Source: Bacillota bacterium
GTDB lineage: Bacteria; Bacillota; Dethiobacteria; Dethiobacterales; Dethiobacteraceae
DNA: 64,000 nt
Direction: 5' to 3'
NCBI GenBank assembly: GCA_012521345.1
Contig: JAAYMN010000066.1
Span: forward strand, 5,376 to 69,375
The position numbers were made by a program, and so were the translations under genes. The stretch's first letter is position 1; the number at the start of each line of letters is the position of its first letter. Below, one piece after another: positions 43,592-53,960 of the stretch. The notes beneath the pieces are model-generated. The model had not been told where the DNA came from and ran no database searches. It was given only the letters and a program-made list of their open reading frames with translations.

Positions 43592-44476
43592 CTACACTTT
43601 CTCACGGGTATCTTTGCCTAAAAGCCCCGCAGGTTTTACGATTAAGATGACAATTAACAGGCCGAAAACTACCACGTCTCTGTAAGTGGTGCTCCAGTAG
43701 CCGCTGACAAAAGTCTCAATGATGCCAAGCAAGAAGCCGCCGGCCATGGCACCGGGAATAATTCCGATGCCTCCCAGGACGGCTGCCACAAAAGCTTTCA
43801 AACCAGGCATCGTTCCCATCAGAGGATAAATTGTCTGGTAGTACATCCCCAGCAATACACCGGCCACGGCCGCTAGGGCAGAGCCGATGGCAAAAGTAAT
43901 GCTAATAACAGAATCAACATTTATACCCATCAGGAGGGCGGCATCTTTATCAAAAGAAACGGCTCGCATAGCTTTGCCCGTTTTTGTTTTCAGCACTATA
44001 TATTGCAGGACTAACATCATTACAATAGTAACAATTAATATTAGAATCTGGTGACTGGTAACAGTTACACTTCCGCCAAGCAACTTATAAGTAACCTTAT
44101 TGACAGCCTGGGGAAAAGAAACATAATCCGCACCAAACACGACCAGGCCGCCGTTCTGCAGAAACAAGGACACACCGATCGCTGTAATCAAAGCTGCCAG
44201 TCTGGGCGAATTGCGCAGCGGCCTGTATGCCGCAAGCTCAATGATAATCCCCAGCAAGGCGGAAACAACCATAGCAAAGATCAAGGCCAAAAAAAAGTTA
44301 AGCTTTAATTTTGTAATGGCGTAAAACCCGGCAAAAGCCCCGATCATCAGGACCTCGCCGTGGGCAAAATTAATCAATTGAATAATTCCATATACCATGG
44401 TATATCCCAAAGCAATCAAAGCATAGATACTGCCCAGAGAAAGCCCGTTTAGCAGTTGCGCAATAAACGTTTCCAT
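43592..44476 (-). CDS. livH: Branched-chain amino acid ABC transporter permease LivH
   Basis: LNGLSLGSIYALIALGYTMVYGI...INFAHGE is the LivH N-terminus. The ATG at 44476 is chosen (GAGGTG 4 nt upstream). Confidence 0.9.
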   Translation of the reverse strand: METFIAQLLNGLSLGSIYALIALGYTMVYGIIQLINFAHGEVLMIGAFAGFYAITKLKLNFFLALIFAMVVSALLGIIIELAAYRPLRNSPRLAALITAIGVSLFLQNGGLVVFGADYVSFPQAVNKVTYKLLGGSVTVTSHQILILIVTIVMMLVLQYIVLKTKTGKAMRAVSFDKDAALLMGINVDSVISITFAIGSALAAVAGVLLGMYYQTIYPLMGTMPGLKAFVAAVLGGIGIIPGAMAGGFLLGIIETFVSGYWSTTYRDVVVFGLLIVILIVKPAGLLGKDTREKV

Positions 44477-44555
44477 CATGCACCTCATTAATTACATATT
44501 ATCATATTAAATATCGGATTGTCCTGGGAAACTCTTGGCAAGGAGGATGCATTGT

Positions 44556-44586
44556 AAAAGGGGGGGCCAGCCCCCCTTTTTATTGC
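44556..44586 (-). terminator. Intrinsic terminator after the liv substrate-binding gene
   Basis: aaaaggggggg-cca-gcccccctttt overlaps or abuts the stop at 44580. A- and T-runs lie on both sides. Confidence 0.7.
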
Positions 44587-45752
44587 TTCGGAGTAATTTT
44601 AGTTTTCAGGGTTTGTTCTCCATTTACCATTTCAATAATGGATACTTCTTTCACAGGGTTGTGCTGTTCATCGAAGGAGAATTTGCCGGTTATACCGTCA
44701 AAGTCCTTGGTTTCGGCCAAGGCTTTGGTAATAGCCACCGTGTCGGTTGAACCGGCCCTCTTGATGGCATCGGCCAAAAGATATGCCGCATCGTAGGCAG
44801 TTGCCGAGAATGATGCCGGAATGGAACCATATCTTTCTTTATATGCCTTGACAAAGTTTTGCACTTTCTCACTGGGATCTTGCGGAGAATAATGGTTGGT
44901 AAAGAAAGTATTATTCAGCGCTTCAGGTCCTGCCACTTCCACCAAATCGGGTGAATCCCAACCGTCGGCTCCTAGGAAGGGCACATCGATACCCAGTTCC
45001 CTGGCCTGGCTGATGATCTTGGCGACTTTTTCATAGTAGCCGGGGATGTAAATCAATTCGGCGCCGGACTGTTTGAATTTGGTGAGGGTCGGCCTGAATT
45101 CCTGGTCTTCCTTGACATAGCCTTCTTCGGCCACGATTTCTCCGCCCAGGGCGATTACCTGTTCCTTAAATACCTGGTACAGGCCTTTGCTGTAGTCGTT
45201 TGTATTGTCATAATAGACGGCCATTTTCTTCTTGCCAAGCTGATTTACCGCGAATTCAGCAGCCACTACGGCCTGGGGAGGATCTATAAAGCAGGTACGG
45301 AAGACATATTCTCTCGTTTCCTTGGTTTGGGGATCAACAGTAACGTCCGGGTTGGTAGCAGAGTTGGTAATCAGCGGAACCTTGTACTCCGTACAAACAG
45401 GAACTACGTTTAAAGTGGCGCCTGTTGTCGCCGGCCCCAAATGCGCGACAACCTTCTCTTGCGTGATCAGCTTGGTTGCCACATTCAAAGCTTCCGCTGC
45501 ATCGGATTTGTTGTCCAAAACAACGGCTTCAATTTTTTTGCCAAGAACCCCGCCGGCCGCGTTAATCTCGTCAAAGGCCAGCAAAATGGCGTCTTTCGCT
45601 GTAGTGCCGTATGCAGCTACTTCGCCCGATAATTCATAGTTAACACCAACTTTGATTGTATCTGAAGTCTCCTTCTTGCCGCACCCGGTTGCCGCCAGTG
45701 AGACTGCCAGCATCATAATCAGCGAAACAACCAGCCATTTGTAAGTTTTCAT
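44580..45752 (-). CDS. livJ: Branched-chain amino acid ABC transporter substrate-binding lipoprotein (LivJ/K-like)
   Basis: Lipobox LAATGC. GVNYELSGEVAAYGTTAKDAILLAFDEINAAGGVLGKKIE is a type-I PBP pattern. The start is ATG 45752 (MKTYKWLVV). Confidence 0.9.
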   Translation of the reverse strand: MKTYKWLVVSLIMMLAVSLAATGCGKKETSDTIKVGVNYELSGEVAAYGTTAKDAILLAFDEINAAGGVLGKKIEAVVLDNKSDAAEALNVATKLITQEKVVAHLGPATTGATLNVVPVCTEYKVPLITNSATNPDVTVDPQTKETREYVFRTCFIDPPQAVVAAEFAVNQLGKKKMAVYYDNTNDYSKGLYQVFKEQVIALGGEIVAEEGYVKEDQEFRPTLTKFKQSGAELIYIPGYYEKVAKIISQARELGIDVPFLGADGWDSPDLVEVAGPEALNNTFFTNHYSPQDPSEKVQNFVKAYKERYGSIPASFSATAYDAAYLLADAIKRAGSTDTVAITKALAETKDFDGITGKFSFDEQHNPVKEVSIIEMVNGEQTLKTKITPKQ

Positions 45753-45887
45753 CGTCAACCACCTCTTTTTTTGATTTAACCGAGAAAACTGCCCTTTCAC
45801 ACCGTACTCCCCCTTCCCCGGTACCTATTCCAGCCCGCCAAATCAACACGGAAGTTCTCCTTTATTCCCCCGTGTCATTATAGGAAG

Positions 45888-45917
45888 ATTATATAATAGC
45901 ACAAAAAGGACTGTCAA
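45888..45917 (-). promoter_or_regulatory. Near-consensus sigma-A promoter for the liv operon
   Basis: On the minus strand: TTGACA (45917-12), an 18-nt spacer, then TATAAT (45893-88). Confidence 0.55.
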
Positions 45918-45940
45918 TTCTTTGTCTCTAGCAATTTAAA

Positions 45941-45972
45941 CAATTAAATCAATAAAGCAACCGGCCGGTTGC
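45941..45972 (-). terminator. Intrinsic terminator after metQ
   Basis: Palindrome gcaaccggccggttgc (45957-72). On the minus strand it is followed by TTTATTGATTTAATTG. Confidence 0.6.
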
Positions 45973-45976
45973 AGGT

Positions 45977-46780
45977 TTAAAACGCCGGAATCACGCTTCC
46001 CGCATAATTGTCCTCAATAAACTTTTTCACTTCCGGCGACTGCAGAGCCCGGGCAAGCTTTTGAACGCTTTCCTTATCCTTGTCTTCTTTCCGGACGACA
46101 AGCACATTGGCAAAGGGAGAATCTTTTGGTTCCATGAAAATGGAGTCTTCCACCGGGTTAAGATTGGCTTCAAGCGCATAGTTGCTGTTAATTACGCAGA
46201 CATCAAGGTCATCCAGTGCCCGGGGCAGCATGGCGGCGTCCATCATTTGGATTTTCAGGTTTTTCGGGTTTTCAACAATGTCGGCATCAGTTGCGGTAAC
46301 GCCTGCCCCTTCTCTCAGCTTAATCAGTCCGGCGGAAGCAAGAACATTGAGAGCACGGCCGCCGTTGGTAGCATCATTTGGTATCCCGATGGTCGCCCCT
46401 TCAGCCAGCTTGTCCAGGCTGTCTATCTTATTGGAGTAAACACCCATGGGCTCGGTGTGTACTTTGACAACCCAGACCAGGTCGGCATTATTTTTGGTAT
46501 TGTAGTCCTCAAGGTACGGTATATGCTGGAAGAAGTTGGCATCAATCTTTTTATCCTTCAGGGCCGGGTTGATTAAAACATAATCCGTAAACTCTTCGAT
46601 TTCTATTTCTACGCCTTCCTTTTGCAGCAACGGCTTAACTACCTCCAGGATTTCCGCGTGCGGTTTGGCGGTTGCCCCCACCACCAGTTTGGCATCCTTG
46701 CCTGCATTACTTCCTCCACAACCGGTTACAGCAACACTGAACAGCAACAAGAAACAGAAAAAAGCCGCAATTTTTTTCAT
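45977..46780 (-). CDS. metQ: Methionine ABC transporter substrate-binding lipoprotein MetQ
   Basis: Lipobox VTGCGG. The pattern is MetQ/NlpA family (LVVGATAKPHAEILE...NFFQHIPYL). Confidence 0.92.
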   Translation of the reverse strand: MKKIAAFFCFLLLFSVAVTGCGGSNAGKDAKLVVGATAKPHAEILEVVKPLLQKEGVEIEIEEFTDYVLINPALKDKKIDANFFQHIPYLEDYNTKNNADLVWVVKVHTEPMGVYSNKIDSLDKLAEGATIGIPNDATNGGRALNVLASAGLIKLREGAGVTATDADIVENPKNLKIQMMDAAMLPRALDDLDVCVINSNYALEANLNPVEDSIFMEPKDSPFANVLVVRKEDKDKESVQKLARALQSPEVKKFIEDNYAGSVIPAF

Positions 46781-46785
46781 TAATC

Positions 46786-47448
46786 TTACCCCCTGTTTTT
46801 ACTTGCTTTTTGGGCGAGTTTCTCGCCAAGCAACTGCACGCCCTGAACGATGATAATCAGGACGATGACAGTTGCCCACATGATTGTGTTTTCATAACGC
46901 TGGTAACCATAATAATAAGCCAGTGTACCCAAGCCACCTCCTCCGACAATTCCTGCCATTGCTGAATATCCTACCAGACTAATGGTCGTTATGGCAACCC
47001 CCAAAAGCAGGGAGGGCTTCGCTTCCGGCAACAGGACCTTGGTAATGATGGTCCACGAGTTTGCCCCCATGGACAGGGCCGCTTCAATCAGTCCCCAGTC
47101 AATCTCTTTCAATGAAGTCTCCACCAGTCTCGCCACAAAGGGAATGGCAGCCAGTGTCAGCGGTACAATAGATGCCACCGTGCCGATGTATGTCCCGACC
47201 AGCAGCCTGGTAATGGGAATGATTAAAATCAAAAATATAATAAAAGGTATGGACCGGGTTGCATTAATAATCCACCCCAGCACCCGGTTTACCACACTGT
47301 TTTCCATGATATGGCCCCGGGCGGTAACAACTAGGATAACACCCAGGGGCAGACCGAACAAGTAGCTGAAAAAGGTCGATGTGGCCACCATGTAAATGGT
47401 TTCCCAGGTTGCAACCAGCAATCTTCCCAGAAGCCAGCCATCAGACAT
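46786..47448 (-). CDS. metI: Methionine ABC transporter permease MetI
   Basis: [25 protein letters not shown]... with the EAA-like loop [15 protein letters not shown]. Confidence 0.92.
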   Translation of the reverse strand: MSDGWLLGRLLVATWETIYMVATSTFFSYLFGLPLGVILVVTARGHIMENSVVNRVLGWIINATRSIPFIIFLILIIPITRLLVGTYIGTVASIVPLTLAAIPFVARLVETSLKEIDWGLIEAALSMGANSWTIITKVLLPEAKPSLLLGVAITTISLVGYSAMAGIVGGGGLGTLAYYYGYQRYENTIMWATVIVLIIIVQGVQLLGEKLAQKASKNRG

Positions 47449-48472
47449 CGTTTAACACCTCGATTTCCAGACCCCGGTTCTGCAGGTAGGCCAAAGCTTC
47501 CTGCAAAGCCCGGGGCTGACCGATCAATTCCAGTGTCAGGTTGCCGAAAGGCGTGTCCTTGATCCGATCGATGTTGCCGTACAGAATGTTGGCATCTACA
47601 TTAAACTTGCGGATCAGGGATGAAATAATGGGTTCGCCGGCGGAAGAGCCGATAAAAGCAACGCGGACCAGCCTGGTATGCACCTGTCCGTTCACAGCAG
47701 AAGAGCGGTGCAGCAGTTCCGTGGGTACTTCCCTGTTCAGCACTGAATTGACAAAACTGCGTGCAGTTGGCGAGGCGGGAGCGGTAAAAACGCTCATGAC
47801 ATCGCCCACTTCAACAATGCGGGAGTCGTCAATTACCGCCACCCGGTCACAGACTTCCTTAATTACATTCATATCGTGGGTAATCAGCAAAACGGTCAGG
47901 TTGAACTGCCTGTTAATGTCCCTTATTAACTGCAAAATGGAACGGGTGGTCTGGGGGTCCAGGGCCGATGTGGCCTCATCGGACAACAGCAGCTTGGGGT
48001 TGTTGGCCAAGGCGCGGGCAATGCCGACTCTTTGCTTTTGTCCCCCGCTCAACTGAGCAGGGTAAACATCGGCTTTGTCGGCGAGCCCTACCAGCTCCAG
48101 GAGTTCGCGCGTCCGCCTGACGGCGTCCTTTCTTGGCACCTTGGCTATTTCCAGCGGGAACATGATGTTGTCAAAAACCGTTCTGGAAGACAACAGGTTG
48201 AAATGCTGAAAGATCATGCCGATTTTTTGCCGGACAGCCCGCAACTCATCCTTTTTCAGGGCAGTGATCTCCTGACCGTTCACCATAATCGAGCCTGCAG
48301 TCGGTTTTTCCAGCATGTTGATGCATCTGACCAGCGTGCTTTTGCCGGCACCGCTCAGGCCAATAATGCCAAAAATCTCGCCTTTATTTACGGTAAGGCT
48401 CACTTTATCCAAAGCAACTATTTTTTGACCGGAGGCTGTATATATCTTGGTCAGGTTTTTTATTTCAATCAA
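47441..48472 (-). CDS. metN: Methionine ABC transporter ATP-binding protein MetN
   Basis: [36 protein letters not shown], and a C-terminal NIL domain. The TTG start at 48472 lies 7 nt after GGGAGGG. Confidence 0.92.
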   Translation of the reverse strand: MIEIKNLTKIYTASGQKIVALDKVSLTVNKGEIFGIIGLSGAGKSTLVRCINMLEKPTAGSIMVNGQEITALKKDELRAVRQKIGMIFQHFNLLSSRTVFDNIMFPLEIAKVPRKDAVRRTRELLELVGLADKADVYPAQLSGGQKQRVGIARALANNPKLLLSDEATSALDPQTTRSILQLIRDINRQFNLTVLLITHDMNVIKEVCDRVAVIDDSRIVEVGDVMSVFTAPASPTARSFVNSVLNREVPTELLHRSSAVNGQVHTRLVRVAFIGSSAGEPIISSLIRKFNVDANILYGNIDRIKDTPFGNLTLELIGQPRALQEALAYLQNRGLEIEVLNDV

Positions 48473-48865
48473 TTTATTGCCCTCCCACAATATTTTGTGC
48501 GAGAACAAGGCTCTCTTTTCCCAAAATCATAAATATAACATATTCAGCAACGAAGCAAGAAAACCTGCTGCCCGTACAAAGAAAAAAGCTTCCTGACAAA
48601 CAAAAATTTAACCAGACAGCTGCGAACAGATGCAAGCATAGCATGACAAGCCGCGGCAAGAGCGGGAAAAAGCACCTGGCAAAGCGGCAAGTCCGGCAAT
48701 GCTGAACGGGTAAACGATAGCTGGGAGCGGCATTACCCGGGAGCGTGTCAGGCGGACTCAAGTGCAAAAAGAGGAATCACGGGTATGAGGTAGAAGTTTA
48801 CCCCATATTTTGTTAACCGGTGAGTATTCTATACTTGTATCTGTCTAATAATCCGGGAGGTAAAA

Positions 48866-50347
48866 ATGATGGGGAAAAAAGTTTATGTTGAGGCTGCCAA
48901 TACCCTGCCTGTATACGACGAGTGTGACATACTTGTCGTCGGCGGCGGCAGTGCCGGGCACAGTGCGGCCATTGCTGCCGCCCGGGCCGGGGCACGCAAT
49001 ATTATCATCATGGAGCGTTACGGCTACATGGGCGGTGATGTTACAGGCGGTTATGTCATTATGGTGCCGAAGCTTTCCTGGTATAATATGTCCTTTGTCC
49101 GCGGCCTGCAGGAAGAATGGTTCAGACGCCTGGGAAAAATCCCCGGCGCCGTCTTAGGCCCGCGCCTTGACCAGATAGGCAATACCGACCCGGCCATGAT
49201 CAACGCCTGGAGGGCCATTCATGGCTGTGTAAGCGAAAGCAAGCCGCACAGGCTGGTCAGGGCGGTTTATTTTGACCCGCAGCAGCTGAAAATTGAATTG
49301 GATAAAATGCTGCTGGAGGAAAAAGACAATATCAGGGTTCTCTACCACAGTTGGGGCACAAAGCCGATTATGGAAGGCAATGCAGTGAAAGGAGTAATTT
49401 TTGAAAGCAAAGAGGGGCGCCAGGCCGTCTTTGCCAAGGTTGTCATTGATGCCACAGGCGACGGGGACATTTTCCGCCAGACAGGAACACCTTATAAAGC
49501 TTTGGCTGACAGCCATACCCGTTCCAATACAACGGCGCTTGTGTGGCGTATTGGCGGCATCAATTGGGATCTTTACTACGAGTGGCAGAAAGCAAATCCG
49601 GAAGCAAGTGCCGCCCTGCGCAAAGGTCTGGCCGCAGTCGCCGGCTACCGCTGCGCTCCCATCCCTTCCAACAGAAACGATATCTGCTGGATAAACAACT
49701 GGCATGCAAATAAAGATTGTGCCAAAATTGAAGATATGACGGAAACGGAAATCCAGACGCGCAAAACAATGCGTGATGTCATCGCATACTTGCGCGAGGC
49801 GTGCCCAATTGCTTTTAGAAATGCCTACCTGTATGATATAGCGCCGCAGCTCGGCTCACGCTGCAGCTATCGGCTGCAGGGCGAATATGTCATGACGCCT
49901 TCCGACTTTGCCTTTGCGCCCAAATTTGATGATGTCATTGCCTGGCATTCAACAATTTGCATGATTAACGACTGCGGCCCCGTGGAGATACCTTACCGTG
50001 CCATACTGCCCAAAAACGTTGAAAATCTTTTATGCCCCGGACGGCATTTATCCGCAGATGATGTGGCCATTGACTGGCTGACGCTCATCCCCCAGTGCAT
50101 AGGCACCGGTCAGGCGGCAGGCGTGGCAGCCGCTGTTGCAGTGATGGACGGCACGTCCGTGCGGAACGTAAATATTAAAAAGGTGCAGGATATCCTGGTT
50201 GAACAGGATGTGCCGCTGCCAAGAAACGAAAAAACAGACCCGGCTTATACGCAGTGCTGTGAAGAGCATCAATACGGCCTTTACACCGAACTGGCCCAAA
50301 AAGCAAGAACTGAAGCCGACGCATTGCAAAACTACCGCCAGTGGTAA
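48866..50347 (+). CDS. FAD-dependent oxidoreductase (FAD_oxidored / pfam12831-like)
   Basis: Dinucleotide-binding motif ILVVGGGSAGHSAAIAAARAG. SD GGGAGG upstream. Confidence 0.8.
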   Translation: MMGKKVYVEAANTLPVYDECDILVVGGGSAGHSAAIAAARAGARNIIIMERYGYMGGDVTGGYVIMVPKLSWYNMSFVRGLQEEWFRRLGKIPGAVLGPRLDQIGNTDPAMINAWRAIHGCVSESKPHRLVRAVYFDPQQLKIELDKMLLEEKDNIRVLYHSWGTKPIMEGNAVKGVIFESKEGRQAVFAKVVIDATGDGDIFRQTGTPYKALADSHTRSNTTALVWRIGGINWDLYYEWQKANPEASAALRKGLAAVAGYRCAPIPSNRNDICWINNWHANKDCAKIEDMTETEIQTRKTMRDVIAYLREACPIAFRNAYLYDIAPQLGSRCSYRLQGEYVMTPSDFAFAPKFDDVIAWHSTICMINDCGPVEIPYRAILPKNVENLLCPGRHLSADDVAIDWLTLIPQCIGTGQAAGVAAAVAVMDGTSVRNVNIKKVQDILVEQDVPLPRNEKTDPAYTQCCEEHQYGLYTELAQKARTEADALQNYRQW

Positions 50348-50401
50348 CAAGAGAGTTTGCCCTAAGATTTTCAGAAATTCAATAAGACAGGAGGCGGGAA
50401 C

Positions 50402-51376
50402 ATGAGAGTTGCCTTGCTGGTAAATAAAGACAATGTGGAAAGATACACGCCGCCGGGAACCATTCCGGCAGACTGGGAGTTGTTCCACCTCGGGAACGAT
50501 TCACCGCCCGATGTGGATAAGCTGATTGCCACAAACGCTGAAGCAGTGCTTGTCGACCCGATCCTGCCGTTTACGGCCGCCATGATCAAAGGCCTGCCGC
50601 AGCTGAAATTAATTCACTCCCAGGGCGTTGCTTACAACCTGATAGATCTGGAAGCTGCCAGGAAAGCAGGAGTCTATGTTTGCAACTGCGCCGGTGTCAA
50701 TGCCCCTGCCGTCGCCGAGCAGGCAATACTGCTGATGCTTGCCCTGCTGCGCCGTTTTGGCGAGTATGAAAAAATGGTCTACGCCGCCAGGCAAATTGAA
50801 GCAAAAAATGCCTGCTTCAAAAATGGCCTGACGGAACTTGCCAGTTGCCATGTCGGCATTATCGGCTTGGGTGCAACCGGTCGCGAACTGGCAAAAAGGC
50901 TGCAGGCATTTGGCTGCAAGGTCAGCTACTATTCAAGACGGGAAGTGCCCGGTTGCGGCCTGCCGAGAATTCCACTTGACGAAATTTACAGGCAGTGCGA
51001 TATTATCTCTCTCCACGTACCGGTAACTGCTGAAACGACGGGAATGATCAATGATGCTGCCTTTAATAAAATGAAACGCGGTGCAATACTTATTAACACT
51101 GCCAGGGGCGAACTTGTAGACCAGGAAGCTCTCTGCCGGGCGCTTATGGACGGCAGGCTCGGAGGAGCAGGGCTCGACACCTTGTCGCCGGAACCGGTCC
51201 GGCCTGATAACCCGGTTATTAATTTGCCGGAGGAAGTCAGGCATAAAGTGGCGCTTTCTCCCCATATAGCCGGCATCACTGCAGAAAGTTTCCGCCGTTC
51301 ATCTGCAGTCATCTGGGATAATATGAAAAGAGTCAGCACGGGACAAAGGCCGCTCAATATCGTCAACGGCCTGTAG
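50402..51376 (+). CDS. D-isomer-specific 2-hydroxyacid dehydrogenase family protein
   Basis: NAD-binding GIIGLGATGRELAKRL, the catalytic region INTARGELVD, and SPHIAG. Confidence 0.88.
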   Translation: MRVALLVNKDNVERYTPPGTIPADWELFHLGNDSPPDVDKLIATNAEAVLVDPILPFTAAMIKGLPQLKLIHSQGVAYNLIDLEAARKAGVYVCNCAGVNAPAVAEQAILLMLALLRRFGEYEKMVYAARQIEAKNACFKNGLTELASCHVGIIGLGATGRELAKRLQAFGCKVSYYSRREVPGCGLPRIPLDEIYRQCDIISLHVPVTAETTGMINDAAFNKMKRGAILINTARGELVDQEALCRALMDGRLGGAGLDTLSPEPVRPDNPVINLPEEVRHKVALSPHIAGITAESFRRSSAVIWDNMKRVSTGQRPLNIVNGL

Positions 51377-51460
51377 CTCCTTGAGGGAAAGTTTAAAGTG
51401 CCGGCACGATGCAGCTTGCAGCCGAAAAAATCCCGGGAATTTATCTTCCCGGGATTCATG

Positions 51461-52681
51461 TCAGAAGGTGAAATTTCCCTGTCTAAATACCTCAACCTGC
51501 TTGCCGCCGGCGGTTGTGCCGACAATTTGCAGGTCCCCCGTCCCGATCATAAAATCAACATGGAGCAGGGAATCGTTGCAGCCACGCTCGTTTAATTCCT
51601 CCCGGGTCATGCTGCCGCCGTTTTGCAGGCAGCCGGGGTAGCCTCTGCCAATAGCAAAATGGCAGGAGGCATTTTCATCAAAAAGCGAGTTGTAAAAAAG
51701 GATGCCGCTCTGCGAGATTGGTGAATCGTTAGGAACAAGCGCCACTTCGCCAAAGTGACGGGAGCCCTCATCCGTTTCCAGCAGGTGCTGCAGGTGCACC
51801 GCCCCGACTTTGGCGTAAAAGTCAACGACGCGCCCGTCTTTCAGGGTCAGGGAAAAGCCGTCAATGATATTGCCATTATAGACAAGCGGCCGTGAATTGC
51901 AAACAATTCCTGAGACGCCGTTTTTTTTGGGCACTGTAAATATTTCTTCCGTCGGCATATTGGGGATAAACTCTACACCGCCCTCAGTCAGTTCGCTTCC
52001 ACCCTGCCAGATATGGCCTTCCGGCAGTTCCACCACCAGGTCGGTTCCCAGGCTGTTTTTGAACGACAAGCTCCTGAAACGGTAAGCATTTAAAAGCTCG
52101 ACCCGGCGTGAAAGCTGCTTTTTATGCTCTTCCCAGGCCGCCACAGGGTTGTCATGGTCAACACGGACACTGCGCAGAATGGCCTGCCATAATTTTTCCA
52201 CCGCCCCGTCACCCGGGAACACCTTGCGGGCCCAGGCCTCGGTGGGAACGGCAATGACACACCAGGCATTCCGGTTGTTCATCATTCTTTCCCGGTATTC
52301 CTGCAGGTGTATACCGGCCGTTTTTTGCGCCAGGGCAATGCGCTGCGGGTCCGTATCCTGCAATAATTCAGGGTCAGAAGCGTAAATGTTCACAAAACCG
52401 GCGCCAGCCCTGGCATAAGACAGGTAAAAGTCTTTTTTCCACTGGGGGAACTCGGCAAAAACTTCATCAGGCGCATATAAAAAGCGGATTTTTGCAAATT
52501 GCTCGTCATCCCAGTTCATGACCACATCCCGGGCGCCTGCCAGGTAGGCGGCTTTGGCCACCTGCCTGGCGAATTCCGCGCACTCCAGGGGTGAAGATAT
52601 CACCAGGGTCTGCCCTTTTTGCAGGTTGATGCCTGTTTTCACCACTAGCTCCGCATACTTTGCGATTTGCTGTTCAAGCAT
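51461..52681 (-). CDS. M29 family aminopeptidase (AmpS/PepS-like)
   Basis: KYAELVVKTGINLQKGQTLVISSP...AYLAGARDV and NASCHFAIGRGY...HVDFMIG match the M29 pattern. Confidence 0.88.
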   Translation of the reverse strand: MLEQQIAKYAELVVKTGINLQKGQTLVISSPLECAEFARQVAKAAYLAGARDVVMNWDDEQFAKIRFLYAPDEVFAEFPQWKKDFYLSYARAGAGFVNIYASDPELLQDTDPQRIALAQKTAGIHLQEYRERMMNNRNAWCVIAVPTEAWARKVFPGDGAVEKLWQAILRSVRVDHDNPVAAWEEHKKQLSRRVELLNAYRFRSLSFKNSLGTDLVVELPEGHIWQGGSELTEGGVEFIPNMPTEEIFTVPKKNGVSGIVCNSRPLVYNGNIIDGFSLTLKDGRVVDFYAKVGAVHLQHLLETDEGSRHFGEVALVPNDSPISQSGILFYNSLFDENASCHFAIGRGYPGCLQNGGSMTREELNERGCNDSLLHVDFMIGTGDLQIVGTTAGGKQVEVFRQGNFTF

Positions 52682-52964
52682 TGAACAACACCCTTTTCTC
52701 GAAAATCTTCAAATCCAAACAGCCGTTTTCCTTTCCACGGATACTAGCAACATTATACCCCGTTGCGTGGCGGCAAAGCAATGCGATAAAACATGCAGCC
52801 TGTCTCCGGCCGCTTATGACGGCGGTTTGCTGAAGCTGTCCCGCGCCTGGGGCATTAAAACCCTGAAAAGACAAGCAATGCCATTATACACTTGTCTAAT
52901 TGCTTCAGATTATATATAGTTTTATGTAGCAGGTCAAATCAGTTAAATATGGAGGTATCAATGG

Positions 52965-53960
52965 ATGGGTAATCGCTTAAGCGGGAAAGTTGCACTTGTC
53001 ACCGGCTCAGGACAGGGCATCGGGCGGGCTATTGCCATAGCGCTTGCCGAAGAAGGCGCCAAGGTCGTCACCAACAATCGCGCACCGGTCAAAAAGAATG
53101 TGGCCAACCAGCTGGACGAGGCCAAGCTGGCGCGGCTGACACCCGAACAGCTTAAATGGTACCAGGAAGAGATCGAAAAATATACAGGTGATGCTGAGAC
53201 AACGGCACAAGCTATCAGGGCGGCCGGTTATGAGGCGGCGGCCGTTTTTGGCGACATCACTGATTTCTATGTAGCCAAAAACATCGTGGACAAGGCGGCG
53301 GAAATTTACGGCTCGGTTGATATCGTAGTGAACGTTGCCGGTGCATTTGGTTTTGCGCCGATTGAAAAAATCACACCGGAGCTGTGGGACAAGGTCACAG
53401 CCGCCAAACCTAAGGGACACTTCAATATCATCCGCCATGCCGTTCCTTACATGAGGAAGAACAAGTGGGGCCGCATCATCAACTGCGCCTCGCCTGCCTG
53501 GACAGGCGGAGGCGGACTCCGCCAGTCCGAATACTGCGCCGCCAATGCAGGAACGGTGGGCCTGACATGGGCGCTGGCGGAAGAACTGGCCGAAGACGGG
53601 ATCACAGTCAATGCCTTCTGCCCCGCCGCCAAGACAAGGGCATCCATTGATATGGAACTGTTTGACAAAGTTGTCAACGAAGATGAACGGGCTACCAAAA
53701 CCGGCGAGCCTTTTGTTCCATATGACCAGACTCCTCCGCCGGAATTGTTTGCCGCTTTCATCGCCTACCTGGCCTCCGACGAAGCTGCCCATGTCACCGG
53801 TTCTGTCTTTATGACCATGGGGAACTTTATTGGCCTCTATTCCTACCCGACTATCATCGCAAGCATGGTCAACGAGGGCGGTCCCTGGACAATGGAAAAA
53901 ATCATTGAAATGGCGCCGAAGACATTATTCAAAGACTATAGGAATATCAACCAGAAATAA
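52965..53960 (+). CDS. SDR family oxidoreductase (extended C-terminus)
   Basis: VALVTGSGQGIGRAIAIALAEEGAKVV (TGxxxGxG motif), NVAG, and YCAANAG as the YxxxN/K region. SD GGAGGT. Confidence 0.85.
   Translation: MGNRLSGKVALVTGSGQGIGRAIAIALAEEGAKVVTNNRAPVKKNVANQLDEAKLARLTPEQLKWYQEEIEKYTGDAETTAQAIRAAGYEAAAVFGDITDFYVAKNIVDKAAEIYGSVDIVVNVAGAFGFAPIEKITPELWDKVTAAKPKGHFNIIRHAVPYMRKNKWGRIINCASPAWTGGGGLRQSEYCAANAGTVGLTWALAEELAEDGITVNAFCPAAKTRASIDMELFDKVVNEDERATKTGEPFVPYDQTPPPELFAAFIAYLASDEAAHVTGSVFMTMGNFIGLYSYPTIIASMVNEGGPWTMEKIIEMAPKTLFKDYRNINQK

Noticed and set aside
48473-48865. SAM-I (S-box) riboswitch or Met T-box call for the metNIQ leader.
   Set aside because: The core motifs (GAGGGA, GGCCC, GCAACC, or the T-box GGUGGUACCGCG) could not be located on the minus strand. 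It is kept only as an unexplained leader in the findings, not as a feature.
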